Positions 1-13,500 of a stretch of 64,000 nt of DNA are shown here, in pieces; the first letter of the stretch is position 1, and every line of letters begins with the position of its first letter. The translations under genes and the position numbers were made by a program. The DNA comes from Salpingoeca rosetta (lineage: Eukaryota; Protista; Choanoflagellata). The stretch spans positions 1 through 64,000 of the forward strand of contig JAWQFM010000013.1 in assembly GCA_033442325.1 (NCBI GenBank), read 5' to 3'. The notes under the pieces were generated by a model. The model saw only the letters and a list, made by a program, of their open reading frames with translations, was not told the DNA's origin and searched no databases.

Positions 1-92
1 CGGCCAACTGCGGGTTCGCATCCGCGAGAACAAACTGCTGGGGCTGGCAACACAGATCTTTCCTACGAAAACGGGGACATAGGGCCAGATGG

Positions 93-165
<73 letters not shown>

Positions 166-453
166 AAATCACTCACCAACACACACACAATCACAATCAC
201 AATCACGCACACACACAATCACTCACATAATCACATGCACACACCAGGATGTTGGGCGGCGTCTTGCCAGCCGTCGCACATGCTTCCACCGCATCCAACG
301 TGGTCATGCTGCTTGGTTTGGCACGTTGTCGTCGTTGAAATACATGTGCATCAAATCACTTGGTCATCCTCTGAACTTCAAGCATCAACCTTTGCGATTC
401 GATGCGCTTTTAGTGTAGCATGACTCGGACGAAACAGGAGTCGTTGCGCGAAC

Positions 454-1223
454 ATGGCAGAGCAGCAACATCAACAGCAACAGCTTGAAGAGCAGCGTGA
501 AGAGCAGGAAGCTGCGCCAGGCAAGGCGTCGAGGATGGACCTGTTTGATGATGACGATGACGACGATGATGTGGACTTGGATACGGACGTGTCCATTGCC
601 TCGTCTGCCTCATCTTCAGACGCTGATGACGACGATGACGACGACGGTGGCGCCTTGTCAGAGAGCGAAGACGTACGTCGTGTGAAAGTAGACAAGCAAG
701 CACATGGTGGTGATGGTAGTGGTTCAGTGGCGGTTTAGTGGTGCTCAGTTGCAGTGAGCAACGCTGCTTGTGGCCCACAGCGTTTTGTTGGTGTGAATGG
801 CTGTGCTGGCTGACGTGTGCTTCACACCCACAGCGACGAGCACCGCTGCAAGCCAACACCGCGTCATATCTCACGCCCTTTCTGCTGTGCTTCATTTGCT
901 TGAATGTGCTCGCAGGACTGGTATGCGGCACACCTGAAGGAAACGAAGCAAAACTCGCTCCTTGCGACGGCAAAGTCACAGCAAACCAACAACGGGGATG
1001 CAGACGAGACTACAGCAACATCGGAGGACCAAGCAGCGCATGAACCCAACAAACTTGTCTCGTTCTCATTGCAGGAAGCCCAAGACGGTGACACAAGCAA
1101 GGACGCTGCAGCAGCACTTGGTGCCCTCTCCAGGTTGGCGGTATTCTGTGCTAAAAATGTGTGCGTGTGTGTGCATGCTTGTGTATCGTGGTCGCGAGTG
1201 AAAGAGAGAGAGAGAGAGAGGGG

Positions 1224-1283
<60 letters not shown>

Positions 1284-2771
1284 CTGCGTGTGTGCGTGCG
1301 TGCGTGCGTGCACTTTGTATCATGGTCGCGAGAAAAAGAGAGTGTGTGAGTGTGTGTGAGTCCCATCACTCACCTTGTATGTTGTGATCTCGTGTGCTAT
1401 TTGTCGTCCGACAGGGCTGACCAGCTCAACTTGTACCGCATGCAACAAACGCTGCGCCAACACGTCCACAAGATGCACCTCATGTGCCTGCTAGGCAACC
1501 TGGTTATTCGCAGCAGGTGTGTTGCGTCGTGCTCTGCTTGGTATGCATGGTGTGCGCGGCTGTGTCGCACTTTGCCTGCTTTTGAGGCTCAGATAGATTG
1601 TCAGACTGTCAGACTGTATGTGTAGGTGTGTTCATGTGTATCCGGCCGTTGTCTCTCCCCCCCCCCCAACACACAGCGTTGTATAAATTTGTTCCTTGAG
1701 CTGTCAACAAACTTTGTTTGCCATTGCTGTTTTCTTGATTTGATGACAGGGTGTGTGATAATGCGGACGTTCAGGCCGGTGTGCTCTCGTGTTGCCCTTC
1801 CTGGGCCCTCCGTGAACGTAAGCAGAACACATGACGCCCCACATACGCACGCACACACACACACACACACACGCACACACACACACACGCACACACGCAC
1901 ACACGCACACACGCACACACGCACACACGCACACACGCACACACACACACACATACGTCCCCTCACTGCCCCCAATGCATTGTTTTGTTTTGTTCCCAAG
2001 GCTGGACCAAGCAGCGTGTGAGAAAGCTGTGCACGTGGTTCGCTGCGAACATACACGCGACCACGCATCACCACCAAAGACACGAACACGGCATGCACGA
2101 GGGTGGACTGCATCTCCACCCCGCTGGCGTATCCATCCTGCGCACAATGCAGGACCAACGCGGTCCTCCTTGGGCCGTCACATGCGCGTGCGCATCTGTA
2201 TTGCGTCATGGCGGTGTGCGCGTGCGTGTGGTGTCGGCCCTGCAGCCGCTGTCAAAGAAGGTGCCCACAGCAGACTCGGTGCTTGCAAGCAAGACGAGCA
2301 GCGGCAGGCGCCGCAAGCGGGCCAAGGTGCTGCAAGAGGTGATTCGCATTGACTCTGGTGATGACGACGACGGTGGTGGAGGTGGTGGTGGTGGTGGTCA
2401 CACCAAAGGACGTGATAGCCGTGGTCGTGGTGGGGCAGCTCGAGCACAATCTTCGGCCGCAAGCACTGATGCGCAGACACGACCACGCAGCACAACAACA
2501 CCAACAACGGCAACGGCCACAACCACAACAGCGACATCATCATCATCATCATCATCATCATTGGTGGCCCGCCGCCAGAGAAGGAGAAGAAAGAGAGAAC
2601 ACGCCAGCGCCACGAGCAGCAGCAGCACTGCAACCGCGAGCAGTGGGCGGTACTGCTGGTGGCTGGAGGTGCTGTTTGGCGGGCGCGCTGCTGGATGGAC
2701 ACACGTCGACCCCATCGCGGGTGTCGTGGACGATGCGCAGCGTGTTGCAGCGAGGGGACGCAAGAAGCTTG
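454..2771 (+). CDS. XPC: XPC/Rad4-like nucleotide-excision-repair protein, N-terminal/transglutaminase-fold half only (exons ~454-672, 916-1133, 1415-1516, 1750-1817, 2001-2771)
   Basis: Phase-consistent GT-AG exons give an acidic N-terminus, then [34 protein letters not shown] (Rad4/XPC HKxHLxCLL motif), [15 protein letters not shown] and [21 protein letters not shown] (Rad4 W-x-E-V...W-x-H-V-D-P). The BHD1-3 domains were not found downstream. Confidence 0.8.
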
Positions 2772-2795
2772 GTGTGTACGTTTATGATGCGTGTG

Positions 2796-2900
<105 letters not shown>

Positions 2901-2999
2901 GAACTGTTGTGTTGATCGCTTGCTTGCCAATCCTTCTCAACACCCAACCACCACCACCACCACCACCACCACCACCACCATCGCCCCAATCATCACCAG

Positions 3000-4189
3000 G
3001 CGGGAGCGGGCCCGGGTGCGGCATGACGAACGACGCGCTTGTGTCGCTGCTGCAGAGCGACGAGCGGCTGATGGCCAATCCGCTGGCGAAGGAGGGCGTT
3101 GATGAGATTGCCCTCCTCATCAAGTACTGCAAGCACTTTGCAGCCGACAAGGCGGTGCGTACCACTTCCTGGCCCGAACGACAGGGGTTGTAATTGTGTG
3201 TGTGTGTGATTGTGTGTGTGTGAATGATAGTGTGTCCCACACCACTCATCTCCTCATCTCCCACCACACCACCACCTCCACACCGTCGCCATCGCCACCA
3301 CCACCATCACTAGGTGTCGTTTGACATGAGCCTTGCCCGCGGGCTGGACTACTACACGGGCGTGATCTACGAGGCCGTGCTCGTTGGGCAGCGCGTCGGC
3401 TCCGTTGCTGGCGGCGGCCGGTACGACGACCTGGTCGGCATGTTTGACAAGAAGGGCCGCAAGGTGCCCTGTGTCGGCGTCTCGCTCGGCGTCGAGCGCC
3501 TCTTCACCATCATCGAGGTGCGCTGTGTTTGTGTGTGTATGTGTGTGTTTGTGTCTGTGTTTGTGTTTGTGTTTGTGTGTGTGTGTGTGTTTTGTCTGCT
3601 GCAATGTGCAGTAGCATCGCCTCTTTCATCACACCACAACACCTGCCATTGCTGCAAAAATGGCCGTGCTGACACCGGTGTGTGCTGCTGCTGCTGTTGC
3701 TGACAACGACAGGAGCGCGAGCGCAAGGCGGCGGAGAAGAGTCTCAAGACGCGCCACACCCAAGTCCTCGTCGCAAGCGGACAGGTACACATGTCATTGT
3801 TTTGTTGTGTGTTGTGTGTGTGTTGGGGGGGGGGGTGTTGAACGTGTGTTGTGCGTGAGAGACAAATGCGGCGCCAGCCCGCTCCACCCATCACGCTTAC
3901 CCTCCCCCACCGCAACCACGTCACCGCCACCACCAATCTGCATCAACCTGCATCAACCACCATACCACACCACACCAACCACAAACCACACTGCTTCCTC
4001 GTCGCCGCCAGGGCATGGTTGAGGAGCGCCTTGAGCTGTGCGCTGCGCTGTGGGCGGCCGGGTTTGCGGCGGAGACATCGTACAAGCGCAAGTCGAAGCT
4101 GCTGAATGCGTTCCAGGAGGCCGAGGAGAGCGCCATCCCCGTCGTTGTTCTCGTTGGCCCCGACGAGCTGCAGCGTGGCGTCGTTAAGG

Positions 4190-4251
<62 letters not shown>

Positions 4252-4465
4252 TGGTGTTGTGTGTGTGATTGTGGGATCTTCTGTGTTTCCTGTGTATGTG
4301 TGTGCCTTCGTGTGCGTGTGTGTATGGCTCCCTGCCTGTCATTCACCACCGCCATTGCCACCACCATCACTGCCATCATCAATGCAGGTGCGCCACACCG
4401 CAACGCGTGAGGAGGAGGAGATTGCACGCGAGGATCTCGTTGACCGGCTCAAGACCCTCCTCTAA
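3000..4465 (+). CDS. HARS: Histidyl-tRNA synthetase, C-terminal half only (exons ~3000-3154, 3314-3517, 3713-3784, 4012-4188, 4388-4465)
   Basis: [51 protein letters not shown] (HisA region and motif 3) and an anticodon-binding domain (TQVLVAS...[11 protein letters not shown]...[20 protein letters not shown]). Stop TAA at 4463-4465. Class II motifs 1 and 2 are absent from the window. Confidence 0.92.
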
Positions 4466-4900
4466 ACACACACACACACACATGCATGCGCAAACAAATG
4501 CACACGTGCACGCGTGTGTGTACGCGTCACCCCTGCAGCCACTGCTACGTCTTTCTCCCACCATCTAGCTTGCTTGTGTTTGCTTCGTTGAGCCCCTTTG
4601 CCTCTTCATCGTTGTCGTCGTCTGCGTTTGTGTTTCGTCTTTGCTCGTGACTCGTGCGCTGCCCTGTGGTGCTTGTTGTCCCTTCCTCTCGCTTCCTCTA
4701 TTTCAGTGCCTTGTTTCGGTGCTGTTGTTGCAATGAATCCCTCCATTTTCCATTCTGACGAGAGGTAGTCATGTCATGCCACACCCAGCAACAGCAGCAG
4801 AGATGCATCTCAACAATCATGCAACACAACACAACACAATACAACACAACACAACACACACACACACACACACACACAACGAAAACCGAGCAACACCAAG

Positions 4901-4977
4901 TCACGCTGCTGGTGCGTCAGGCCCGGCGTAAACTCTGATCCATTCCTCCACAGCATCGAGCGTCGCCTCTGTCGTCC
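4901..4977 (-). CDS. Possible last exon of an unidentified minus-strand gene truncated by the N gap
   Basis: Reads ...TTEATLDAVEEWIRVYAGPDAPAA* with coding-like composition, convergent on HisRS. Too short to identify. Confidence 0.3.
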
Positions 4978-5077
4978 NNNNNNNNNNNNNNNNNNNNNNN
5001 NNNNNNNNNNNNNNNNNNNNNNNNNNNNNNNNNNNNNNNNNNNNNNNNNNNNNNNNNNNNNNNNNNNNNNNNNNNNN
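4978..5077. other. Assembly gap (run of N)
   Basis: 100 consecutive n. Confidence 0.99.
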
Positions 5078-6510
5078 ATGTACTTCATCCACGCATGTGT
5101 GCGTGCCCAAAATCATTATCGTGCTCACAGCACAGTTTTCCTCCACTCATAATAGAGTGTTGCTCAAGGCACCCTCTCAAGAAGAACAATCCACACCGCT
5201 CTCACGGCCGGATTGCCTCCTGCATGCGCAAGCTTGGTGTCATCAAGGACAGTCGCCACCTGCTATTCACAACAGACAGCGCCCACCCTCTATCAGAGAT
5301 CACAGCAATTTGACCACACATACATGTGCCTTGCCGTCACTCCGCCAGCGGCTTGCAACTTGCTTCAACATCATAGACTTTTGGCTCAACACCAGCAATC
5401 CATGCAAAGCTTTGCTTGCTCTCGCTCGCATTACTTCATCGACCCGCATGTCACAGCGGGCTGCGTCTTGCCTCCAGAGGCAACCACAGCCACACCCACA
5501 ACACACAGCTGACAACGTTTTCTGTTTCACTGTGCCACATCCACGTGTGCAGCAAAGCCACTGCCGGCCATTCCCCAACACACAAACACATATTGGCTCA
5601 TCGCTCTTCTCCCAACGCACAGCTACACACACACAAGGAAAATGCAAGCCCGTTTATGCGCACACACGTCATCTACGCGCCAGGCACATCGCTGTGCCCA
5701 GGTCTCAATGCACCATGCGTGCAGGCTTGCTTCCTGCGTCTCGCTGCGTCACATCACACAAGAAATGTGAAATGCGAGGAGAGAAGAACAATCAAGAGCC
5801 AACAATGCGTGTTCGTGTGAGAGACATGACAAGCGCTTCACACCGTCACACTCAGAGGAAGCTGAACAATCAGCTCGCCCTCTTTCCGCAAACACAGTCG
5901 TTGCTCGCCACAAGCGCATATGTCATGTGTTGCTTTTGCTTCTGTGTAGTGGAGATGCGTTTGCTCATGCGAGTGATCACAAGAACACACACAGAGACAC
6001 GAGCAATCGCTTGCTCGCCTCCACACATGTGCCTCATCACACCCACACAATGCTCACGCATCACATACACACACAAACATCCACACACACACACGCCCGT
6101 GCTGTTCTCATTGCATGTGCTGTGCATGCATGTATGCTCGTGCAAGCATTGCTCACAACACACTCAAGAGTGTCGCTTCGCTTTGCCTGCACTCGCACAC
6201 ACACACTTCACACACACACACACGAAGAGAGAGGTCGCTCAAAACACAGCAGAACATAGACCCAAGAAGAAAGAGAAGTTGTAGCTGCAAGGGCGCAGAC
6301 GCGGCTTTTCGTGCCCGCAAGCAATCCTGCTCAGCGACATTCGCCTTGCTCTCTTGCTTGCGCCTCTACTCAGCGGCTCTTTGCCTTTGTCTTCTCTTTT
6401 CCTTTTTTGTCTTGCTCATTTGCATCCTTCCCCTCATGTATGCCAATCCATCGAGCGGCAGCTGTTTGAACCACTGCTTTGTCCTCGTGCACTTTGCCTG
6501 CAGGCACCGC

Positions 6511-6590
6511 AATCTAGATGCAGTGATTCTGCTAGATCTAGATTTGTGACTGGATCTAGCTGCTGCGCACAGCTTCACTGCATCAAGATT
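6511..6590. repeat. 80-nt inverted repeat / branched hairpin
   Basis: AATCTAGATGCAGTGA (6511-6526) pairs with TCACTGCATCAAGATT (6575-6590) at 15/16. Inner stem GCTAGATCTAG (6531-6541) with CTGGATCTAGC (6550-6560). Small side stem GCTG/CAGC (6562-6573). Confidence 0.8.
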
Positions 6591-7075
6591 CTTCACACTG
6601 CTCACACCCCAGATTCCCCTGGCCCGTGACCAACCAATGCTTGCATGCAATGCCCTTGCTCTTGCATGCTGCAGCTGCAGTTGCACTGGTGCCTCGCGAC
6701 GCAGTGTTCAGACACTACTCATCACAGTGTTCAGCTTTTTTTCATCACATGATCGCACTTTTTCTGAACCGCTTTTTGACTTCACCGCGCCAGTCTCCCT
6801 ACTCCGGTGATCAAGTGAGCAAGCGAGCAAACGTCACTGCACCATGCGATGAGCTGCAGCAACAGGCGCAAGACCACGTGGCTGGCTTGCAGGCACACGT
6901 GCGCGCGAGCACACTGCGCTGTGCGCACTTCTACTTGCCTGCAGGCGCGCTGCGCTGAAGCAAGAAGGAGCAAAGCAGAGGAACTGAGGAGTAGAGCAGC
7001 GAGGATGGATTCGCTTCCATGTGATTGCACAAGAGAAAAGCAAGCAGGCAGAGAACGACGAGAAGCAGCGCAATT

Positions 7076-7515
7076 TCTTCTACATGCATTGGATTCACTC
7101 CACAACAATCCTCTGCTCACTGTTGTGTTGCTTGCAAGCACTCACAACTTCTCCTACTTGCATTGGATTCACTCCACTACATCCGTCTACTCCACTCACG
7201 ACATCTCCTGCTTGCAATGGATTCACTCCACAATGATACCTCTACTCACTGTTGTGTTCACTCGCAAGTACTCACAACTTCTCCTGCTTGCATTGGATTC
7301 ACTCCACCACATCCGTCTACTCACTCGCAAGCACTCACAACTTCTCCTGCTTGCATTGGATTCACTCCACCACATCCGTGTACTCACTCGCAACCACTCA
7401 CAACTTCTCCTGCTTGCATTGGATTCACTCCACTACATCCATCTACTCGCTGCAGGCACTCGTGAGTTCGCTTGCTTGCTCTGTGCGTGTTGCTTGCAAG
7501 TACTCACAACTTCCC
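7076..7515. repeat. 63-bp minisatellite (3 near-perfect copies at 7261-7449 plus ~3 degenerate upstream copies)
   Basis: Unit CTCGCAAGTACTCACAACTTCTCCTGCTTGCATTGGATTCACTCCACCACATCCGTCTACTCA. The core TGCA(T/A)TGGATTCACTCCAC recurs six times. Confidence 0.9.
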
Positions 7516-10500
7516 TTGCTTCCACCTTGTTCACTTTACAACACTCCTCCACTCACTCGCCACTGCGTCACTGCATCACCCGCCATGCCTACACGCACTT
7601 GCAATCGACCCTTTATCAATCCACACCATCACTCACACACCGCTCTGTCACCCACACCCTCCTCACTCCACTCCACTCCACTTCACTCAGCAGCATCGCC
7701 TCGCTTCGTGGATTCACTCTCCAACATCACCTGCGCTTCCTCTCTCCCGCCTCCAGCAGCGATATGGTCAAGTGCGTAAGAAGCTCGCTGCATTCGCCTT
7801 CTTCTCTTCCCACTTTACCTTCTCTACGTGCATGCGTGCTACTGCTTGCAATATTTGTGCTTCTGCCTCCTTTGCTCCACCTCCAAAATCACAACACAAT
7901 CACAACACAACACATCCATGCATGTGCCGCTTTGTCCCTTTGTCTCACCCTTCACTCACTTGCGCCTTTCTCTCTTCCCTTTGTTGCATTGTTGCTTTGC
8001 ACTTGTTGCCACATGCTTCATTCACCCTCGTCTCTCCCTCTCTTCCATCCACTCACCACCACACATCACCCCTCCACGCAACATCACACATTCTTCACTT
8101 CACCTCACACGACAAACACCACAACACATACAACCCACTGTGTGCATTCGTGCTTCCCGACGTCCCCTTTCTTTCACCACCTTGTCACCACAAGCCTTGT
8201 CTGTCTATTTCACCTGCGTTCCAACCACCCTGCTGTCTTGTTTCAATTATTGCCACTGCTGTTGCTGTTTCCATGTGCTTGCATACCTTCCCTTGTCCCT
8301 GTTCACTACTTTGTGCCGCCACTCCTTCCCTCGCCTTCCCTTACCTTACCTTTCCTGCCTCGTTCATGTTTCATGCTGCATGTGTTACAACACATCACAA
8401 ACCCATCAAGCCCACGCTGCCGCCTTCTTCACCATCAGCCCTGTTCACATCCACCACCACCAGTCGCTGCCACCATCATCACTCGCTTCATCCTTTCCCC
8501 CATCCCCACGTTCGCAGCAGCTGCTGTCCTCACCTGCATGCAACACCCAATCCACAGCCACACACCCAGCTCACCACCAACCTAACCACAACACAACAAC
8601 ACACACTGTGTTGACTTCACTGCAACCATCCACAACCAGCAGCATCACACGATACACACAGCTGCACATGCGTGTTGCATTGTATGTTTCCACTTCACTT
8701 CAGCAACACGACAGCAAGCGAGCACACACAGACACACGTGGCAAGAACAGGCGAGAAAGCATCCCCATATCAACTGCAAGCAACACATACAAACACAACA
8801 CAACAAGCGACAGTCCCACGCTACGCCACACCGCTTCACTCCCCCATCAGCCGCCATCATTGCCTTCAGCCAACAAAAACAACAACAGCAGCAGCAGCAG
8901 TGTGCATGCTGTGGCAAGAGAGAAGAGAGAGAAAGGGAAAGGGAGGGAGGAAGGCAGAGGGATACAAGGAGAGAGACGTGCACGCTGTCAACAACAACAC
9001 AACACAGCAACACAACACAACACCGTGCAACATCACCCGCTCACGCTCCCCTCCTTCTCCAACGAGGTGCGTGGTCTATGGCAGCCCCACGTCTTGCTTG
9101 CTTGTCCTGAGTCCCTGCTTGCTCATGTCCTTGCTTGGCTGTGTGTGCCTTGCCATGGGTTCCAACAAACAGCCTGCTCCCCTGCACAAGCGTCCATGTG
9201 TGTGTGCATGTGCGTGTGGGGGGATGACAAAGAGGGAAGAGGGAAGGGAGCAGAAGAAGAAGCAAGGGAGAGATGGGTACGTGAGCACAGACGATGGTGA
9301 TGGGCGCACACGACGTGGTTGTGAACACACACACACACAATCACGCACAAGCAGCAACGCACAACAGACACAACAGACACAAACAGGGGAAACGAGAGCA
9401 GCAGTAGCGCAACACACACACACACACACACGCACCGAGGGAAGGACATCAGCCAGCCAGCGTCATCCAACACCCCTTGCATCCACTGGTCCATCCATGC
9501 AGCAGTGGTGGTGGCAGCAGAGGAGAGAAGGAAGAGAATGCCCTGCTTTGCCTGCCTTGGCTGGCTGTGTGGGGATGTGTGTCTGCACACCCACTCACTG
9601 TGTGTCTGTGTGTGCCTGTGTGTGTCACCATACAAGCACATGTGTGTGAGACAGGGGGAAGCAAGCAGCCACCACACACACACACACAGTGTGAATCACA
9701 AGCAGACACAGCATGAACGACATGCACACAGTCACAGTCACAGTCACAATCACACACATGCAAGTGCAACGCACCGTGAGGTGGCATCAGACTGCCTGTC
9801 AGCGTGCGTGTGCGTGTGTGTTCACACTCATGTGTGTGGGTGGATACAGTCCATCATCCCTCTCTGTGTGCGTGTGAGCCACATGCATCCACGGCAGCAG
9901 GAGTGCGTGTGAGATCACAACACCCACCACAGCCACGTCCCACCTCCCTCCCTCAACACAAACACACAACCCACACGCACCCACACAGCGGCCAAACCAA
10001 TTGACAGAACTCACCCAAACTCACGATGCCAGCGTGTCATGGGCCTGTGCAGCACATATGTCAGCCTCACCGACCGTGGACAACGCTTGGCATGCCTTTG
10101 GCCCTGCACACATCCATGGTGTGGTCGCTGCTGTGCGTGTTCTCTGCCTGCACCTGTGCACCATCACACCATCACCCACCACACCCCACACAGTCCATGG
10201 AACCAAACAAGACCATCCACAACAGAACCGCCAGTGAGTGCCCGTCACAACGCGCACCCTCTCCCTCCTCTCCACCAACCCTGCGCCAGCCACGCACACA
10301 AACAATGCAAGCCACCACCACCCACTCAAACACACGCACCTTGGTTCGCGTGTCGCCTGTCGCTTGTCGCTTGTTTATGTGTGTTGGTCTTGTTGATTCG
10401 TGTTTGGACGATTTGTGGAAGATGCCACAAATAATCGCCCACTGCTGAGTTTGTGCGGCAACTGCTGTTTGCTTTTGCTTTTGCTTGAAGGGCGGACTTG

Positions 10501-13500
10501 CTTCGCTTGCTTTGGTTGGTTGGTTTCAATGAGACAAGAAGAAGAAGAAGGAGGAGGGGAAGGGGAACAGCACTGTGATTGAATGCAACGCAGGCTCACA
10601 GGCCTTGCAGGCTGAGGAAGGAGGGGGAGAAGAGAAAGGAGAAGGAGAAAGGGGGATGGAAAAGAAGAAACAACCAAACACACAACACACACACAGCTGT
10701 GCACAGCATGCACCCCCTCCTCTCTCTCCTCTTCTCGCTTCTTCGCTTCCTCCTACCCCTCCCCTCCTCCTCCTCACAGTCACAACAGACAACCAACGGC
10801 CACAAAGGGCTGGAAGAGAAAACAAACAAGGGGAGGGGGCAACAGCCACCCAGCCAGTTCGCCATGGAAGAAAGAGGCGAGGCGATGGAGGGCAAAGGAG
10901 AACACTGTCCACCAACACACACACACACACATCTATTGGGAGCCCCACGTCTTCTGTCCTTGCTTTCCCTCCATCCTTTCCTCGGCCTGGGTTGACTTGG
11001 GTTGGTTGAGGTGGCACAGCTCGCCATGGCGTGGCATGCGTGGATGTGGGTGTTGGATGTGGATGGGTTCCTCTCTCTGTGGGTGTGAAAAGGGGGTGGT
11101 GGGAAACAGTGGGAGGGGTGGCAGCAGCAGGAGAGGAAGAAGCAAGGGGAGGGCGGTGGATGTGAGCATGCCATGCATGAGTGAACAACAACTACACACG
11201 AGGTGGAATGATGATGATGATGTGCTTGGTGTTGTGCATTGTTGTGATGGCACAAGCACACAAAGGTCAATCACAATCACACACACACACACCTCGTCGT
11301 CGATCGACGCATCTGCTTGACATATGCGCACACGCGCACGCACATTTGCAGTCACACACACACACGCAGTCAGACATGGCATTGCAGAGTGAGACAGCGC
11401 ACCACGCACACCCATACACAGCAATGCAACACAACCACCACAACCACCACCACAACGACAACATCTCTCCCCTCTCCCCATCTCCATCCCCAAAATGCAC
11501 TGTCACATGACCAGGTACACAGCCGTGGTGGTGATGATGGCCATGATGAACGCCTTCCTCCAACTTCCCCTCAACCCCCTTCCACCAAACACACGCACAG
11601 CACTGCGCGCCTTCACCTCGTGCATCGTGTCGCTGTCGGCGTGATTGATGGCGATGCACACACATGCACGCACGCACGCGCACACATCGCTGTGTTCCCA
11701 GTTGAGATGAGCAACGGAGGGAGAGAGAGACATGGGCGACACGACACGGCCAGTCAACCCCAGCCAATCCAATCCAGCATCACTGCAGTGTGTTGCCTGC
11801 TGCAGTCATCATCACAATCACAATCACAATCACACAGGTGCAAGCAAAGGAATGAGACACTGATATGTGTGTCATTGTCATGTGATACCACCACCACACG
11901 ATTTCACGTGCATGTGTACATGCACCGCCATCCCTCAACCAACATCATCGCCCTCCTATAACTTCCCTTCCCTCTCCCTCCTTTCGCTCTGCACTCCCAC
12001 GTCGCCTCATCACCACCATCACCGTGATACTTCCCCCTTCCCCTGCTTCCCACCACTCCACACAACTCAGCCCACCAACCAACCAACCAACCGCCAACGA
12101 TTATCCTCACCTGTGCTTGATGCAGCGAGACAGCCAGACAGCCAATGTGCCACAGCGAAGCAGAAAAAGGGAACCGCAATCACATGCCACGGCCACCATC
12201 GTCATTGCTGATGGAGCAGAAAGAGGAGATGAAGGGGGAAGAGTGGTGGGCACGGGCCGTGTCATTCCTTGTCTTCATCCGTGCAGCCCCAAACACGGTG
12301 CACAGCGCACATGCACACGCACGGCCATCATCACAGCACCACCACCAGCAACAACAGCGAGCTAGCTTGCCTGCGTGCCTGCCTGTGAGGCAAGAAGAAA
12401 CCAACCAGAGACGAACAACGACCGGCGATGGTGAGAACACGAAAGGAGAGACACAAGGGACCACGCATGGGAACATGCAGCTTGTTGTGGGCGGGTGAAC
12501 CAGATACACACAAGAAAAACGAAGCAAGCACCCAACGAGCAAGCAAGCAAACACGCGATATCATATCCACCATATCCACCACTGCAATACCTGTGTTGGC
12601 CGCTGTCTCGATCACGCCTCAGCAGCTGCACATCACATGGGGAAGGCTGACGATGATGATGACACAGAGCAAAGGCAATTGGTTGAAAAAAGGAGGAAGG
12701 ATAATCGGCTGGGGAAACTCGCACACATCCGCCTGCAGCCACGCACACATACACACGCACATGTGAGTTGTGTGATTGATTCATGTGAGACACACGTCAG
12801 TGCAACCACCCCACAGCCAATGACTGCTCTGGTGTGTTGGCATGCATGTGTACATGCGTGCCTGTGCATGCGTACGTGTGCTACCACCCCATCACCACAC
12901 GCACACACACACACACACCTACACACACACACAGCGGCAGCGTCTCACCTCGTGCCTTCTTCTCTGGCACATTTGTGTGTGCGTGTATCGCCCTGCTCGT
13001 GTCATGAGGGCTTGGGAAGAGATCGGCCACTGCCCTGTGCATATCACACACATGTACACATGCGCAAGCACAAACAACAAATCAGCAAGAAGAACACCAC
13101 GCAGTGAGCCTGCATGGCAGAAACAAACCACATCCACCTCCTTTGTCACATTCACATCACCCATATCACCACCTGTGCACGCACATTTCACATCCCTGCA
13201 CACAGATACACACCACACACCATGATCACAAGCAGCACATCTGCATATGCGTCTGCGTGCGCCGTGTACATCCACCACAAGCCACTCACCACCATCATCG
13301 TAAACGTCATGTGAGGCAACGGCACATCGACGCACATTACCCCCTGTACGTGTGCGTGTGGAGAAAGAGGTGAGTTGTCACAGAATCAGGCAGTCAACGA
13401 CAACCACGTCCATTGCCAGCACCAACAGACCCACCGACATCCAACCAGCGCTTCACAATCACACACACACATATACGTGCTGGTGTTCACACCCAACACA

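Noticed and set aside
89-418. Poly-HT / poly-CV ORFs here and throughout the window
   Set aside because: Translations of (CA)n/(GT)n microsatellites.
6511-6590. Hammerhead ribozyme interpretation of the three-way junction
   Set aside because: No CUGANGA/GAAA core on either strand.
7076-7515. Repeat array as a CRISPR locus
   Set aside because: Inter-core sequences are homologous to each other rather than unique spacers; eukaryotic context; no cas genes.
5097-9649. Long ORFs (395, 578, 380, 490, 325 aa)
   Set aside because: Overlapping in several frames, His/Thr/Leu-rich products of CA/CT-rich TpA-poor DNA; no motifs or codon bias like the real genes.
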